From the NCBI GenBank assembly GCA_963422375.2, contig OY729428.2, forward strand, positions 768,001 through 832,000: a stretch of DNA of 64,000 nucleotides. The letters run 5' to 3'. The DNA is from Bryobacterales bacterium. Its GTDB lineage: Bacteria > Acidobacteriota > Terriglobia > Bryobacterales > UBA6623. Below the pieces are notes generated by a model that saw only the letters and a program-made list of their open reading frames with translations, was not told where the DNA came from and searched no databases. Positions 33,006 to 42,177 of the stretch are shown one piece after another. Numbering within the stretch: position 1 is the stretch's first letter; each line of letters opens with the position of its first letter. Made by a program: the position numbers and the translations under genes.

Positions 33006-34180
33006 CCGCGGCCGCAGCGAGATCGCCCGGTCCGCAATCACCGGGCGGGAGGAAGCGCTTCGCTGAGAGCGCTCCCTAGCCGTCGATGCAGGCCGCTCAC
33101 GCGTCGCTAGCCGCCCGGCAGCTGCATTCTCTCTCCCCCTAATCGCGATTCGATGCGCTCGGCGGGCAACAGCTGCCTGCAGCGATCAAAGCGCCTTGGT
33201 CTGCCGGTAGTGCAGAACTGCCGGTCTTCAACGGCGAACCTCGGCGGACCACGCAATAGCAGCCGCTGTCGAACGAAGTCCGGCGCGAGGTCGAGTAAGG
33301 TATCGACCAGCGCTTGCGCCTCCTCGGATTCGCAAGAGGAGTCCATTGGCTGTTCCCTGTGCTCGGTCGACGACTCTTCAAGGTCGATCTCGGCTTGAAC
33401 GCGGTGCGGTCGATCGACGATCTCGGCGTTGCGGCGGCCGGTCATTGCTACGGCGCAATCCGAGCGAATCCGAGCGAATCGTGCGCAACGGGCGAATGGT
33501 TTCAATTGGCTCTCCACGTGACCGCAGTGACTTCGATCCGCGCGACGCGGAATCCGTTGACATTCAGGAACGTTCGGGTGGCTTGCTGCCGGATCGCAAT
33601 ATGGATCGGAAACTCGCAGTCCAGGTCGGACTGCGGCCTCGGTCGGCTCGCTTCCCCGAAGGTGGCTCCGGCCGACGGCGACGGGTCCGGACTGCCATTG
33701 ATTAGCTCGACGTTCATGCACTTGATTCGGTAGGAGACACCCCCCCTCGTGCGTGTCCTCCGAGTCTAACGAGAGCAGTTTAGGCTTGTAGATCACTCTC
33801 CGCTTGAAAGTGACTTGGACAACGAGTGTCGGCCGCCGCCTTCGTCCCTTAGCAACTCGACCTTCCGTCTTCGGAGCACGTCCGGAGTGCGCTCGGCTAG
33901 ATCAACCCAAGACGCCTAGACAATCCGATCAGACAAGAATCCGGAAGTACTCATACCGGGCGTCTCATAGAGGAAGGCCGCGTGTAGCGGGCAGAACACA
34001 AGCTCTCGGGAATCCGGAGCTCACTCCCCCGGGCAGATCGACGTGCTATGGCCGTTAAGACGCAAGTCACAAATCCGGCACCTCCGAAGGCGGAAGGCCC
34101 GTCATCGCAGAGGACGACGCGCCAAGCCAGATCCGCGACCGTCAATCTAGCGCGGGCCACGGCCGCCCGTCGCATTCCGC

Positions 34181-34412
34181 TACTGAGGGGCGCAAAAGTC
34201 TTTTCGGATCGGCCAGGCCAGAATGTACTGGCAACTGGGTTCCCAAGCAGTCTGCTAAGAAGGAGGCCTTCCAAATTCGAGTACGCAATATACTGTGTAG
34301 ATAGCTACGGTATATCACAATATGCAGGCCTAAGTTCGAGAATTCAACTTACCGCCTCCTAACCTTGGCTGAGTCTTGTGGGTAATGAGGAAGACTTTTG
34401 CGCCTCTCAGTA
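34181..34412. mobile_element. MITE-like element (232 bp) bounded by 22-bp inverted repeats
   Basis: TACTGAGGGGCGCAAAAGTCTT (34181-34202) and AAGACTTTTGCGCCTCTCAGTA (34391-34412), 21/22 complementary, both ending in TA; no convincing internal gene. Confidence 0.7.
34348..34390 (+). repeat. Solo copy of IS1595 terminal 43 bp, inverted relative to 30226-30268
   Basis: Reverse complement CCTCATTACCCACAAGACTCAGCCAAGGTTAGGAGGCGGTAAG is 42/43 identical to 30226-30268. Confidence 0.93.
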
Positions 34413-34729
34413 CCGTCCTCCTCGCCGACTCGCCATAGCATGATCATTACGCCGGTCTCTAGATTGCCCGGGCCCGCGAAGAGGCCTCCGGTGAAGCTCG
34501 CTTGCCGACAGCTGCCAGCCCGGGCCGATTATCGGGCCGGACAGGCTCCGCATTGGCCGATTTGAGGCTTGCGAGGTCGCCGAGCGGCGACCTCTGGCAT
34601 CGGAGCGCTGCCGGCCACGCAGGTGAAGCCATGACCCGCTCCGGCCGCTCTCAGGCCGAACGACCGTTGGCTTGGCGGGCGTCGCTTGCAGGAACGGGTG
34701 CCTTCGCACGGCAGAGGGTGAAATTCGGG

Positions 34730-36430
34730 CTAGCGGCTCGAGTCGGCGTCATTCTCCGTGACCTCGAGTACCCGACCCGCCTGCGCGCCTTCGACCACTT
34801 GAACCGTGCCGCTGGGCCAAAGCACCTTCAGCGCTACCTCCGCCTGTCCCTCTCCGAGTCCGAAATGCACGCCGTCGTGGCTCGAGGACGCATACCCGAC
34901 GGCGCTCGTCATGGTGTTCGACTGCCCGGCCACGCTGACCACGGCCCCGAGGCCGTCTCGATTGGATGCCCGGCCCTCGAGTCGCACGTTGATCCAGCCG
35001 CGGCCGCCCTGGCTGACGTTTTCCCAGAGCTCGGCGGGCTCGCCGAGCGCGGAGACGACTACATCGACTCTCCCGTCGCGATTGAAATCCGCGAACGCAC
35101 AGCCCCTGTGAGCCCGCACCGAACCGGCGAGACCGGAGCTCGCCGACAGGTCCCGGAACGTTCCGTCTCCGCGATTGCCGAACACCGCGTTCGGCTCGCG
35201 GTAGGGCGTGCTGTCCTCGAACTCCCGGATGATGTCGTTCACGTGGGAGTTCGCGGTAAACAGGTCCTTGAAGGCATCGTTGTCGAAGTCGTACAGCCCG
35301 ATACACCAGCCGCTGCGCCGGTGCGAGAGAGCCCCGATTCCCGACGGCCCCGTCGCGTCCCCGAAGAAGCCGTCCCCCTCGTTCCGGAACAAGGGGAACG
35401 TCTCCGCGATCAGCGCAGTGATCGCGACGTCCGGCAGCCCGTCGTTGTCGTAGTCCCGGAAATCGGCACCCATGCTCGCCACGGGGTCTCCGTTCTGGAG
35501 GAGCGCCGTGCCCGAGAACATGCCGGCTTCCTCGAAAGTGCCGTCTCCCTTGTTCAGAAACAGGAAGTTCGGCAGGTTGTCGTTCGTCACCAGCGCGTCC
35601 GGCCGGCCGTCCCCGTCCGCGTCCGCGAACGCCACGCTCATGCCGCGGCCAACATGGTCGGCTACGCCTGATACTGCGCTAGCGTCTTCGAACCGCCCTG
35701 CGCCGACGTTCCGGTAGAGACGGCTCGCTATCGGCTCCAGTTGCATGGGGTCGCAGTATGCCCGCAGCCCGCGTTGCGCGTCCCCGCAGAAGGTGTCGAA
35801 TTCCAAGCTCCAGCGGGCGTAACTCACCACGAAGAGATCCAGCGAGCCATCGCTGTCGTAATCGAACCAGCCTGCCGCCACCGACCAGTCCGCGCTGTCG
35901 AGCCCCGCGGCCGCGGTCACGTCCTCGAAACGGCCGTCCCCGAGATTCCGGAAGAGGGTGAGTCGGAACACCCCGGCCACGAGCAGGTCGACGTGACCGT
36001 CGTTGTCGTAGTCGGCCGTCGCGGCACCCATGTCGTACCCGCGCCCCTGCACTCCAGCCTCTTCCGTGACGTCCGTGAAGCGCATCCCGCCGTCGTTGCG
36101 ATAGAGGCGGTTCCAGTGCGACGGGCCCGTCTTCTCCAGCGAGGGGATCGGCGCGCCGCTCGTGAAGTAGATATCGGGCAGGCTGTCGCCGTTGTAGTCG
36201 AACGCCGCGACCCCGCCCGCCATGGTCTCGATCATGCGCTTCTCCGGCGTCGGGAAGTTCTGGTGGACGAAGTCGATCCCCGCCTGCGCCGCGATGTCGC
36301 GAAAGAGGATGGGCGCGGAGTCGGAAGCGCCCCGTGCCTGACGCGCCGTCGGCGGACCGGACAGCGCGACCGCGGCCGCGGCGAGAGCCAGCCCGCGGTG
36401 CAGAGCCCGCGCTACTCGCTCTTGATCCAT
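34730..36430 (-). CDS. CRTAC1-like FG-GAP repeat protein with ASPIC/UnbV C-terminal domain
   Basis: FRDIAAQAGIDF.H, repeated DYNGD/DYDND..D motifs, RLYRN, SNRDGLGA, GYASSS...HFGLG, WPSG; start approximate. Confidence 0.9.
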   Translation of the reverse strand: MDQERVARALHRGLALAAAAVALSGPPTARQARGASDSAPILFRDIAAQAGIDFVHQNFPTPEKRMIETMAGGVAAFDYNGDSLPDIYFTSGAPIPSLEKTGPSHWNRLYRNDGGMRFTDVTEEAGVQGRGYDMGAATADYDNDGHVDLLVAGVFRLTLFRNLGDGRFEDVTAAAGLDSADWSVAAGWFDYDSDGSLDLFVVSYARWSLEFDTFCGDAQRGLRAYCDPMQLEPIASRLYRNVGAGRFEDASAVSGVADHVGRGMSVAFADADGDGRPDALVTNDNLPNFLFLNKGDGTFEEAGMFSGTALLQNGDPVASMGADFRDYDNDGLPDVAITALIAETFPLFRNEGDGFFGDATGPSGIGALSHRRSGWCIGLYDFDNDAFKDLFTANSHVNDIIREFEDSTPYREPNAVFGNRGDGTFRDLSASSGLAGSVRAHRGCAFADFNRDGRVDVVVSALGEPAELWENVSQGGRGWINVRLEGRASNRDGLGAVVSVAGQSNTMTSAVGYASSSHDGVHFGLGEGQAEVALKVLWPSGTVQVVEGAQAGRVLEVTENDADSSR

Positions 36431-38337
36431 CGGTCGAACTTGCCGCGGTCGCGGGCGAACGAGCTCTTGCGCATGGCGACCGAGCGTTCCAGCGCCCTCT
36501 CCGCCTCCTCGTCCCTGCCCAGGCGCCGGTACGCCTGGAACAGCGAGTAGTGAATGTCCCCGTAGTAGTCCAGCCCCAAGCCCCGCTCGAGCTGGGCGGC
36601 CGCCTCGGCGAAGCGTCCCGCACGCAGAAAGGCGCGACCGAGGCTCGGGCGCGCCTCGACCAAGTTCGGATCGAGCCGCAGCGCGCCCTCGAGATAGCGG
36701 ATCGACTCTTCGTGCTGCTGCATCGCGACGCGCAGGCGCCCCGCAAGGTAGAGCGTGCGCGGATTCGCCGCGTCGAGTTCGAGCGCCCGCGCCAAGGACT
36801 CCCCAGCCTCCTCGTGGGCGTTGTTGAGGAGGAACAGCAGGCCGAGACCCCGATGCAGTTCGGGCTCGTCCGGCTCGAGCGCGATCGCCTTGCGGTACTC
36901 GGCGATCGCCTCGTCGTCGGCTTGCCGCTGCTGGTGCGCCTCGGCCCTGAGCTGATGCACCCTCCACGAGCCCGGCGCGGCCTCCTCGACCTGCTGGAAG
37001 CACCTGTCGGCCAGTGACTGCAGCGTCCTCACCGTCCAGTAGGCAGCCTCCGGCGACGTTTCCGCGGCTCCCCTCATGGCGTGCGTGAAGGCGACCGCCG
37101 CCCTCTCGGCCTGGCCAAGCTCCAAGTACGCCCGGCCCAGCGCCACGAGTTCGGACCGGGCCAGCGACGGGCGCGTCTCGAGCAGGCGGGCGCATTCCGC
37201 ATACCGGTGGCTCGCGCAGAGCTCCGCGGCGGACAGGTCTTCCGCCTCGCGGGCTGGGGCCGACTCGATCCTGCGGTGCAGCAGGCTACGCTGGAGGCGG
37301 GCGCGCTCGGCATTGCCGGCTTCGCGGAAGAGCGCGGCCTGCAGGAAGCGCGACGGCCCGCCGTCCGCACGCGGCAGCTTGCCGATCAGCGCCGTCGCGA
37401 AATCGGGAGCGATTCTCCGGGCCGGAAAGTCCGACGCGCGGGCCAGCCAGTCGGGATTCGAGGCCCACACTTCGGCCGCTCGGTCCAGAGCCGCTGCGGC
37501 GTCGCCGCGGGCCAGGCTCGCTTCCGCGAGCCCGAGAAGCGCCGTTTCCGAGCGCCGGTCGATCAGCAGCTCAGCCTCGAAGTGCCGTTCGGCACCCTCG
37601 ATGTCCCCGAGACGCAGGCGCGCGCCCCCCGCGGCCGCATGCAGGCCGGGCAGGCGGCTGTCCTTGGACAGGGCCGTTTCGTAGTAGGTCGAGGCCGCGT
37701 CCCAGGCCTCGCTCAGGCCCAGCATGTCGGCCCCGAGCCGCGCCGCCCAGACCGATTCCGGCATGCCGATGACGAGGCTGCCGGCGAGCTCGCTCATCAA
37801 GGTCATGTAGTCGCGGCCGAGACGGTGCCAGGCCTCGGCCCGGTCCGGAGTCAGGGGGAGGGCCGCCTGGAACTCGCTCACCGCGCCGGCGTAGTCCCTC
37901 TCGGCTAGGTAACAGGCTGCCAGCGCCCGCCTCGCCTCCAAGCTGGCCGGGTTGTCCTCGAGACTGCGCTTAAGGGCGGGGATGGCCTTGGAAGGCGAGC
38001 CGAGCTTGAGGTGCCCGAGCCCGAGAAAGAGGCGCGCCGCGGGAAGATCCGGCCGCTCGGCGGCGACCCGCTCGAGTTCGGTGACCGCCTCGGCGTACTC
38101 GCCCTGCAGGAACAGCACCAACCCGAGGTTGGCGCGAGCCTCCGCGAGGCCGGGCATCAGGTCTAGAGCCGCGCGGTATTCCTTGGCGGCGGCCTCGTGG
38201 CGCCCGGCCGCCGTGGCCTGCTTGCCGGCCTCGAAGCGAGCGGCGACGGCATCCCGGTCGTCGGCGGCGAAGGCGGCCGGCCAGAGACCGGCTGCCGCCA
38301 GCAGCGCCACTGCGATTGGCCTGCCGTCCATCGTCAC
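36412..38337 (-). CDS. Exported tetratricopeptide-repeat protein
   Basis: Signal peptide; many TPR units (AEARANLGLVLF, ELHRGLGLLF, EARPSLGRAF). Confidence 0.88.
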   Translation of the reverse strand: MTMDGRPIAVALLAAAGLWPAAFAADDRDAVAARFEAGKQATAAGRHEAAAKEYRAALDLMPGLAEARANLGLVLFLQGEYAEAVTELERVAAERPDLPAARLFLGLGHLKLGSPSKAIPALKRSLEDNPASLEARRALAACYLAERDYAGAVSEFQAALPLTPDRAEAWHRLGRDYMTLMSELAGSLVIGMPESVWAARLGADMLGLSEAWDAASTYYETALSKDSRLPGLHAAAGGARLRLGDIEGAERHFEAELLIDRRSETALLGLAEASLARGDAAAALDRAAEVWASNPDWLARASDFPARRIAPDFATALIGKLPRADGGPSRFLQAALFREAGNAERARLQRSLLHRRIESAPAREAEDLSAAELCASHRYAECARLLETRPSLARSELVALGRAYLELGQAERAAVAFTHAMRGAAETSPEAAYWTVRTLQSLADRCFQQVEEAAPGSWRVHQLRAEAHQQRQADDEAIAEYRKAIALEPDEPELHRGLGLLFLLNNAHEEAGESLARALELDAANPRTLYLAGRLRVAMQQHEESIRYLEGALRLDPNLVEARPSLGRAFLRAGRFAEAAAQLERGLGLDYYGDIHYSLFQAYRRLGRDEEAERALERSVAMRKSSFARDRGKFDRWIKSE

Positions 38338-38443
38338 GCCTCGGGCAGCTGCACTGCGCCCGCGCCTTGCGCGACCGGTTCCGGGAGGGAGGGGCCGCGA
38401 CGCCCCGCCCGCCTGCCTCGCCCGTGGTTGCCAGCCCTAGCGA

Positions 38444-41400
38444 TCAGAACAGCACGCGCAAGCCGAATTGCACCAGTCGCGGCACGCCGCGCGTGCCGCT
38501 GATCACCCCGAACTGCGGCGTACCGAGGCCCGTGCCCGGATGCCGGAAGGTCGGCGTGTTGAAGAGGTTGAAGAATTCGGTCCGGAACTCGACGCCGAGC
38601 CGCTCGCCGATCTGCGTGCGCTTGAAGAGCGCGAAGTCCCACTGCGTGATGCCGGGGCCTCGCACGTCCGGGAGCAGCCGTCCGGTGTTCCCGAACGTGA
38701 ACGCCGCGGGCTGGCTGAACACGTCGGTCCTGAAGTACTCGTCCAGACGCGTCTGGGGGTCGCCCGACAGTTTCGCGCTGGTGCCGTTGTTGTCGACGAA
38801 CTGGCTGCCGCCGAACGAATTGGACAGGTTCTGCGAGGGTCGCACGCCGATCGGGAATCCCGTCTGCAGGGTCGTCACCCCGTTGATGCCCCAGCCGCTG
38901 ATGATCGCTTTGGCCGCGCCGGTGGTGCTCCCGCCGATCGGCTTGCCCGGACCGAACGGCAGGTCCAGCACGTAGCTCAGGACGAATCTCTGGGACACGT
39001 CGAAGGCCGCCAGCGACTTGAGCGCCCGCAGGTCGTTGTTGTTGCCGCCCGTGGCCCAGCCCTGGGCGCTGAACCCCTCGAGGCCGTCAAGCCAGCCGGT
39101 GAGCGTGCCGGCATCCGTGATCAGCTTGCTCGCCGTGTAGGATGCCAGCAGGCTTGCCCCGCCAGCGAACCGCCGCTCGACCTTCGCTTGGAATGAGTGA
39201 TACGTGGAACTGCGGTTGGTGGGACCGGCCATCGCCACGTCCGTGAAGTGCGGGTACGGCCGCAGCAGCTGGCCGTAGGCGACCGTCGGCTGGGACAGGC
39301 CGCCGGAAGCGACCGATGTGCCGAGAAAGGGATTCGGGACTTGCTCGTTCAGCTTGGTCCCCAGCGACAGGTGCTGGTCGGGCAGCTGGTTTATGGTCTG
39401 CGCGTTGACCGGCAGGCTGGTGCCCTTGGATCCCGCGTAGGCGACGTCCACGAGCGTGCCGCCCGCGATCTGGTGCTGGATGTTGAAGTTCCACTGCTGC
39501 ATGTAGCTGAGGGGCTGGTTCGGAACGGGCGCGCGGATGCCGAGACCGCCGATCAGCGTGTTGAGGAACGCGGGATCCCTGCCCGGAGGCAACAGCACGC
39601 CGTCCGGGAACGGATCGTTCAGGAATCGGTAGGGCGTGACGCCGCCGTCTAGCGAGGTCAGCCACGGGGTGCTGATCGTGTTGACGATGTCTTGGTTCGG
39701 CGCGGTCGCGAACGCGACGTCGTTCGGCAGCCAGAAGATGCCGTACCCGGTGCGGATCACCGTCGAGTCGCTCAGGCGGTAGGCGATGCCCAGGCGCGGG
39801 GCCAGGGCGTTGCGGTCGTCGAGGCGCGTCCGCCCCGGACGCAGGTCGGACTTGACCAAGCCGAGCTGCCCGCGCAGGTCCATGCCCGTCTCGGCCGAGA
39901 GCGGGTTGACCGAGTCCAGCGCCAGCACCGTCATGTTGTCGAAGCGCTCGGAGAAGTTGCCGGAACGCTCCCAGCGGAGTCCCATGTTGATGGTCAGCCG
40001 GTCGTTGACCTGCCACTGGTCGTTGACGTAAGCGGCGCGGTAGATCATCTGGCCCGCGACCAGGCCCGGCGTGGTGATGCCACCGCCCGTGCCTGTGCCC
40101 AGCAGGAAGGAGGCGAAGCCCCAGCCTCCCTGCGGGGCGAAGGGATCGTTAGCCGTGAAATTGGCGTTGAAGTTGAAGATGCCGCTCGGCGTGTTGCTCT
40201 GCGCGTAGTTGTGCGTCAGCCGCCGAACGTCGCCGCCGACCTTGAGGGTGTGCCTGCCGCGGATCAGGGTGAGGCTGGGCAGAAGGGCGACGTTGTCCTG
40301 CCGCCCGATGATGATGCTCCCGGTCCCTTGGGCGCAGAACACGCCGTAGCTCTCGACGCAAGGCGTGGGGATGTGCCTGAAGCTCTCCGGAATCTGGCTG
40401 ACCAAGGAGGACGGCCACGCGAACTGGGCCAGGTCGATGCCCTGGCTCTCCGGCGACCTGTCGTACCGGAAGCGGGTCCAGGCGGCGCGTATGTCTAGAA
40501 TCGTGGTGGGGGAGATCAGGTACGTGTCGCCGATCACCCACTGGTTCGTGGTGAATGTCTCCGGGCCGGCGTCGATGTGCGCTCCCGTCCCGTAAGGATC
40601 GACGCCGAACGTGATGTTATCCCACCATGTCCAGCGCCCCATGACGCGGTGCTTGTCGCTGGCGTTCCAGTCCAATCGGTTGTTCAGCTGCGTGTTGTCG
40701 CCCCCGTCGCTCGCGTTGTTGGCGAAGTTCAGGTTGCGCTTCCCCGGCACGTTGGGCTGCGACCACAGGTGGCTGAGGGACTTGGAGGTGGCATCCTGCC
40801 TGTGGTCGGGAATCCGCTTGTTGGGAAACGCCGCCCTCGGAAGGTCGGCTGCGCTGGAGGCGGTGAGCGGGTCGTGGATATCGAAGGCCAGCTCTGAGAA
40901 GTCGCCCTTCTGCATGGCCGGAGTCGGCGAGTCCAGCAGGAGGGACCGCCCCCGCCGCTGGCGGTAGTCCTCGTACGACGAGAAGAAGAACACCTTGTTC
41001 CTGGCGATCGGGCCTCCGACGTTCGCCCCCCATTGGTTCTGGACGAATGGCGGCGTCCCGATGCCGCTCGCATTGTTGAAGAAGGTATTCGAGTTCAGGG
41101 CCTTGTTGCGCAGGAACTCGTAGGCCGAGCCGTGAAATTCGTTGCCTCCGGACTTGGTGGTCATGTTGATGACGCCGCCGGCGAACCGCCCGAATTCCGC
41201 TCCTAGGTTGTTCGTCTGGATCTTGAACTCCTGCACCGCGTCCTGGGTGGGGACGAGCGCGGTCAGGTTCACGTAGGACATGTTGACGGGTGCGCCGTCG
41301 AGCGTGGTGGCGCTCTGGTTCGACTGGCCGCCGCCGATCTGGTAGTTGCCCCACGCGAAAATGTTCACGCCGGTCGGGCTCTGCATCGACTGGCCTTGCG

Positions 41401-41899
41401 GCACGACGCCCGGAGCCAGCGCTACTAGGTTCAGGACGTTGCGGCCGTTGAGCGGCGTCTCCGTGACCTTGCGAGACTCGACAACCTGGCCCAGCGACGA
41501 CGTTTGCGACTGCAGCAGGGGCGTGCTGGAAACGACCTCGACCACCTCTGTCACCTCGCCGATCTCGAGGACCGGGTCGATGCGGATGCTGGCCTCGACC
41601 TCGACTACGATCGGCTCCTGGGCGAACTGCTTGAAGCCGTCGGAGCGGGCCTCGAGGCGATACTGGCCCGGCAGCAGGGTGACGAACCGGTAGAGGCCGG
41701 ACGCCTCGGTCTCCTGCACGCGCTGCTCGCCTGTGGCGAGGCTGGTGATCGTGACGCTCGCGCCGGGAATGACGGCTCCAGTCGCATCTTGGACGGCCCC
41801 GACCAACGTTCCGTAGAACGTTTGGGCGGAGGTCGAGACAGCAAGGAAAAGCAAGCCCGCGGCTAGCGCGGCTGGCAGGCATGTACGCTTCAATTTCAT
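38444..41899 (-). CDS. TonB-dependent receptor (Oar-like, carboxypeptidase-regulatory N-domain)
   Basis: 1151 aa; AGGAGG RBS; GTLVGAVQDATGAVIPGA, PLNGRN, DAVQEF, KSGGNEFHGSAYEF.RN, PRLG, RLVQFGLRVLF. Confidence 0.93.
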   Translation of the reverse strand: MKLKRTCLPAALAAGLLFLAVSTSAQTFYGTLVGAVQDATGAVIPGASVTITSLATGEQRVQETEASGLYRFVTLLPGQYRLEARSDGFKQFAQEPIVVEVEASIRIDPVLEIGEVTEVVEVVSSTPLLQSQTSSLGQVVESRKVTETPLNGRNVLNLVALAPGVVPQGQSMQSPTGVNIFAWGNYQIGGGQSNQSATTLDGAPVNMSYVNLTALVPTQDAVQEFKIQTNNLGAEFGRFAGGVINMTTKSGGNEFHGSAYEFLRNKALNSNTFFNNASGIGTPPFVQNQWGANVGGPIARNKVFFFSSYEDYRQRRGRSLLLDSPTPAMQKGDFSELAFDIHDPLTASSAADLPRAAFPNKRIPDHRQDATSKSLSHLWSQPNVPGKRNLNFANNASDGGDNTQLNNRLDWNASDKHRVMGRWTWWDNITFGVDPYGTGAHIDAGPETFTTNQWVIGDTYLISPTTILDIRAAWTRFRYDRSPESQGIDLAQFAWPSSLVSQIPESFRHIPTPCVESYGVFCAQGTGSIIIGRQDNVALLPSLTLIRGRHTLKVGGDVRRLTHNYAQSNTPSGIFNFNANFTANDPFAPQGGWGFASFLLGTGTGGGITTPGLVAGQMIYRAAYVNDQWQVNDRLTINMGLRWERSGNFSERFDNMTVLALDSVNPLSAETGMDLRGQLGLVKSDLRPGRTRLDDRNALAPRLGIAYRLSDSTVIRTGYGIFWLPNDVAFATAPNQDIVNTISTPWLTSLDGGVTPYRFLNDPFPDGVLLPPGRDPAFLNTLIGGLGIRAPVPNQPLSYMQQWNFNIQHQIAGGTLVDVAYAGSKGTSLPVNAQTINQLPDQHLSLGTKLNEQVPNPFLGTSVASGGLSQPTVAYGQLLRPYPHFTDVAMAGPTNRSSTYHSFQAKVERRFAGGASLLASYTASKLITDAGTLTGWLDGLEGFSAQGWATGGNNNDLRALKSLAAFDVSQRFVLSYVLDLPFGPGKPIGGSTTGAAKAIISGWGINGVTTLQTGFPIGVRPSQNLSNSFGGSQFVDNNGTSAKLSGDPQTRLDEYFRTDVFSQPAAFTFGNTGRLLPDVRGPGITQWDFALFKRTQIGERLGVEFRTEFFNLFNTPTFRHPGTGLGTPQFGVISGTRGVPRLVQFGLRVLF

Positions 41900-42090
41900 T
41901 CACCTCCTGAAACATCGATGGGTGCAGGCCAGACGCAGCCGCACCGGCGACCGATTCTACTCCATCGCTCCCGGCCGCGGCAACCCCGCGCCGGGCGTTG
42001 CCGGCTGCCAGCGCCCGGACCGCGCTCGGACCGGCTGCGGGCGGCGTGCGCCGGCTTCCGGCCCGGCGTGCTCGAGCCTGGCCTAATACA

Positions 42091-42119
42091 TGAAACACTG
42101 TTGCAAGAACTGCTATCAT
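42091..42119 (+). promoter_or_regulatory. Promoter of FecA-like receptor with candidate Fur-type 7-1-7 operator
   Basis: TGAAACA-C-TGTTGCA (6/7 palindromic) directly upstream of extended -10 TGCTATCAT. Confidence 0.5.
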
Positions 42120-42177
42120 TGTCCGTGGGGCTGGCGGCGTTCGTGCCAGGGCCCCGAGCCTTGGAGATACGGACTAG

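Noticed and set aside
34290..34312. Possible LexA/SOS box (CTGT...ACGG)
   Set aside because: Spacing and right half do not fit CTGT-N8-ACAG
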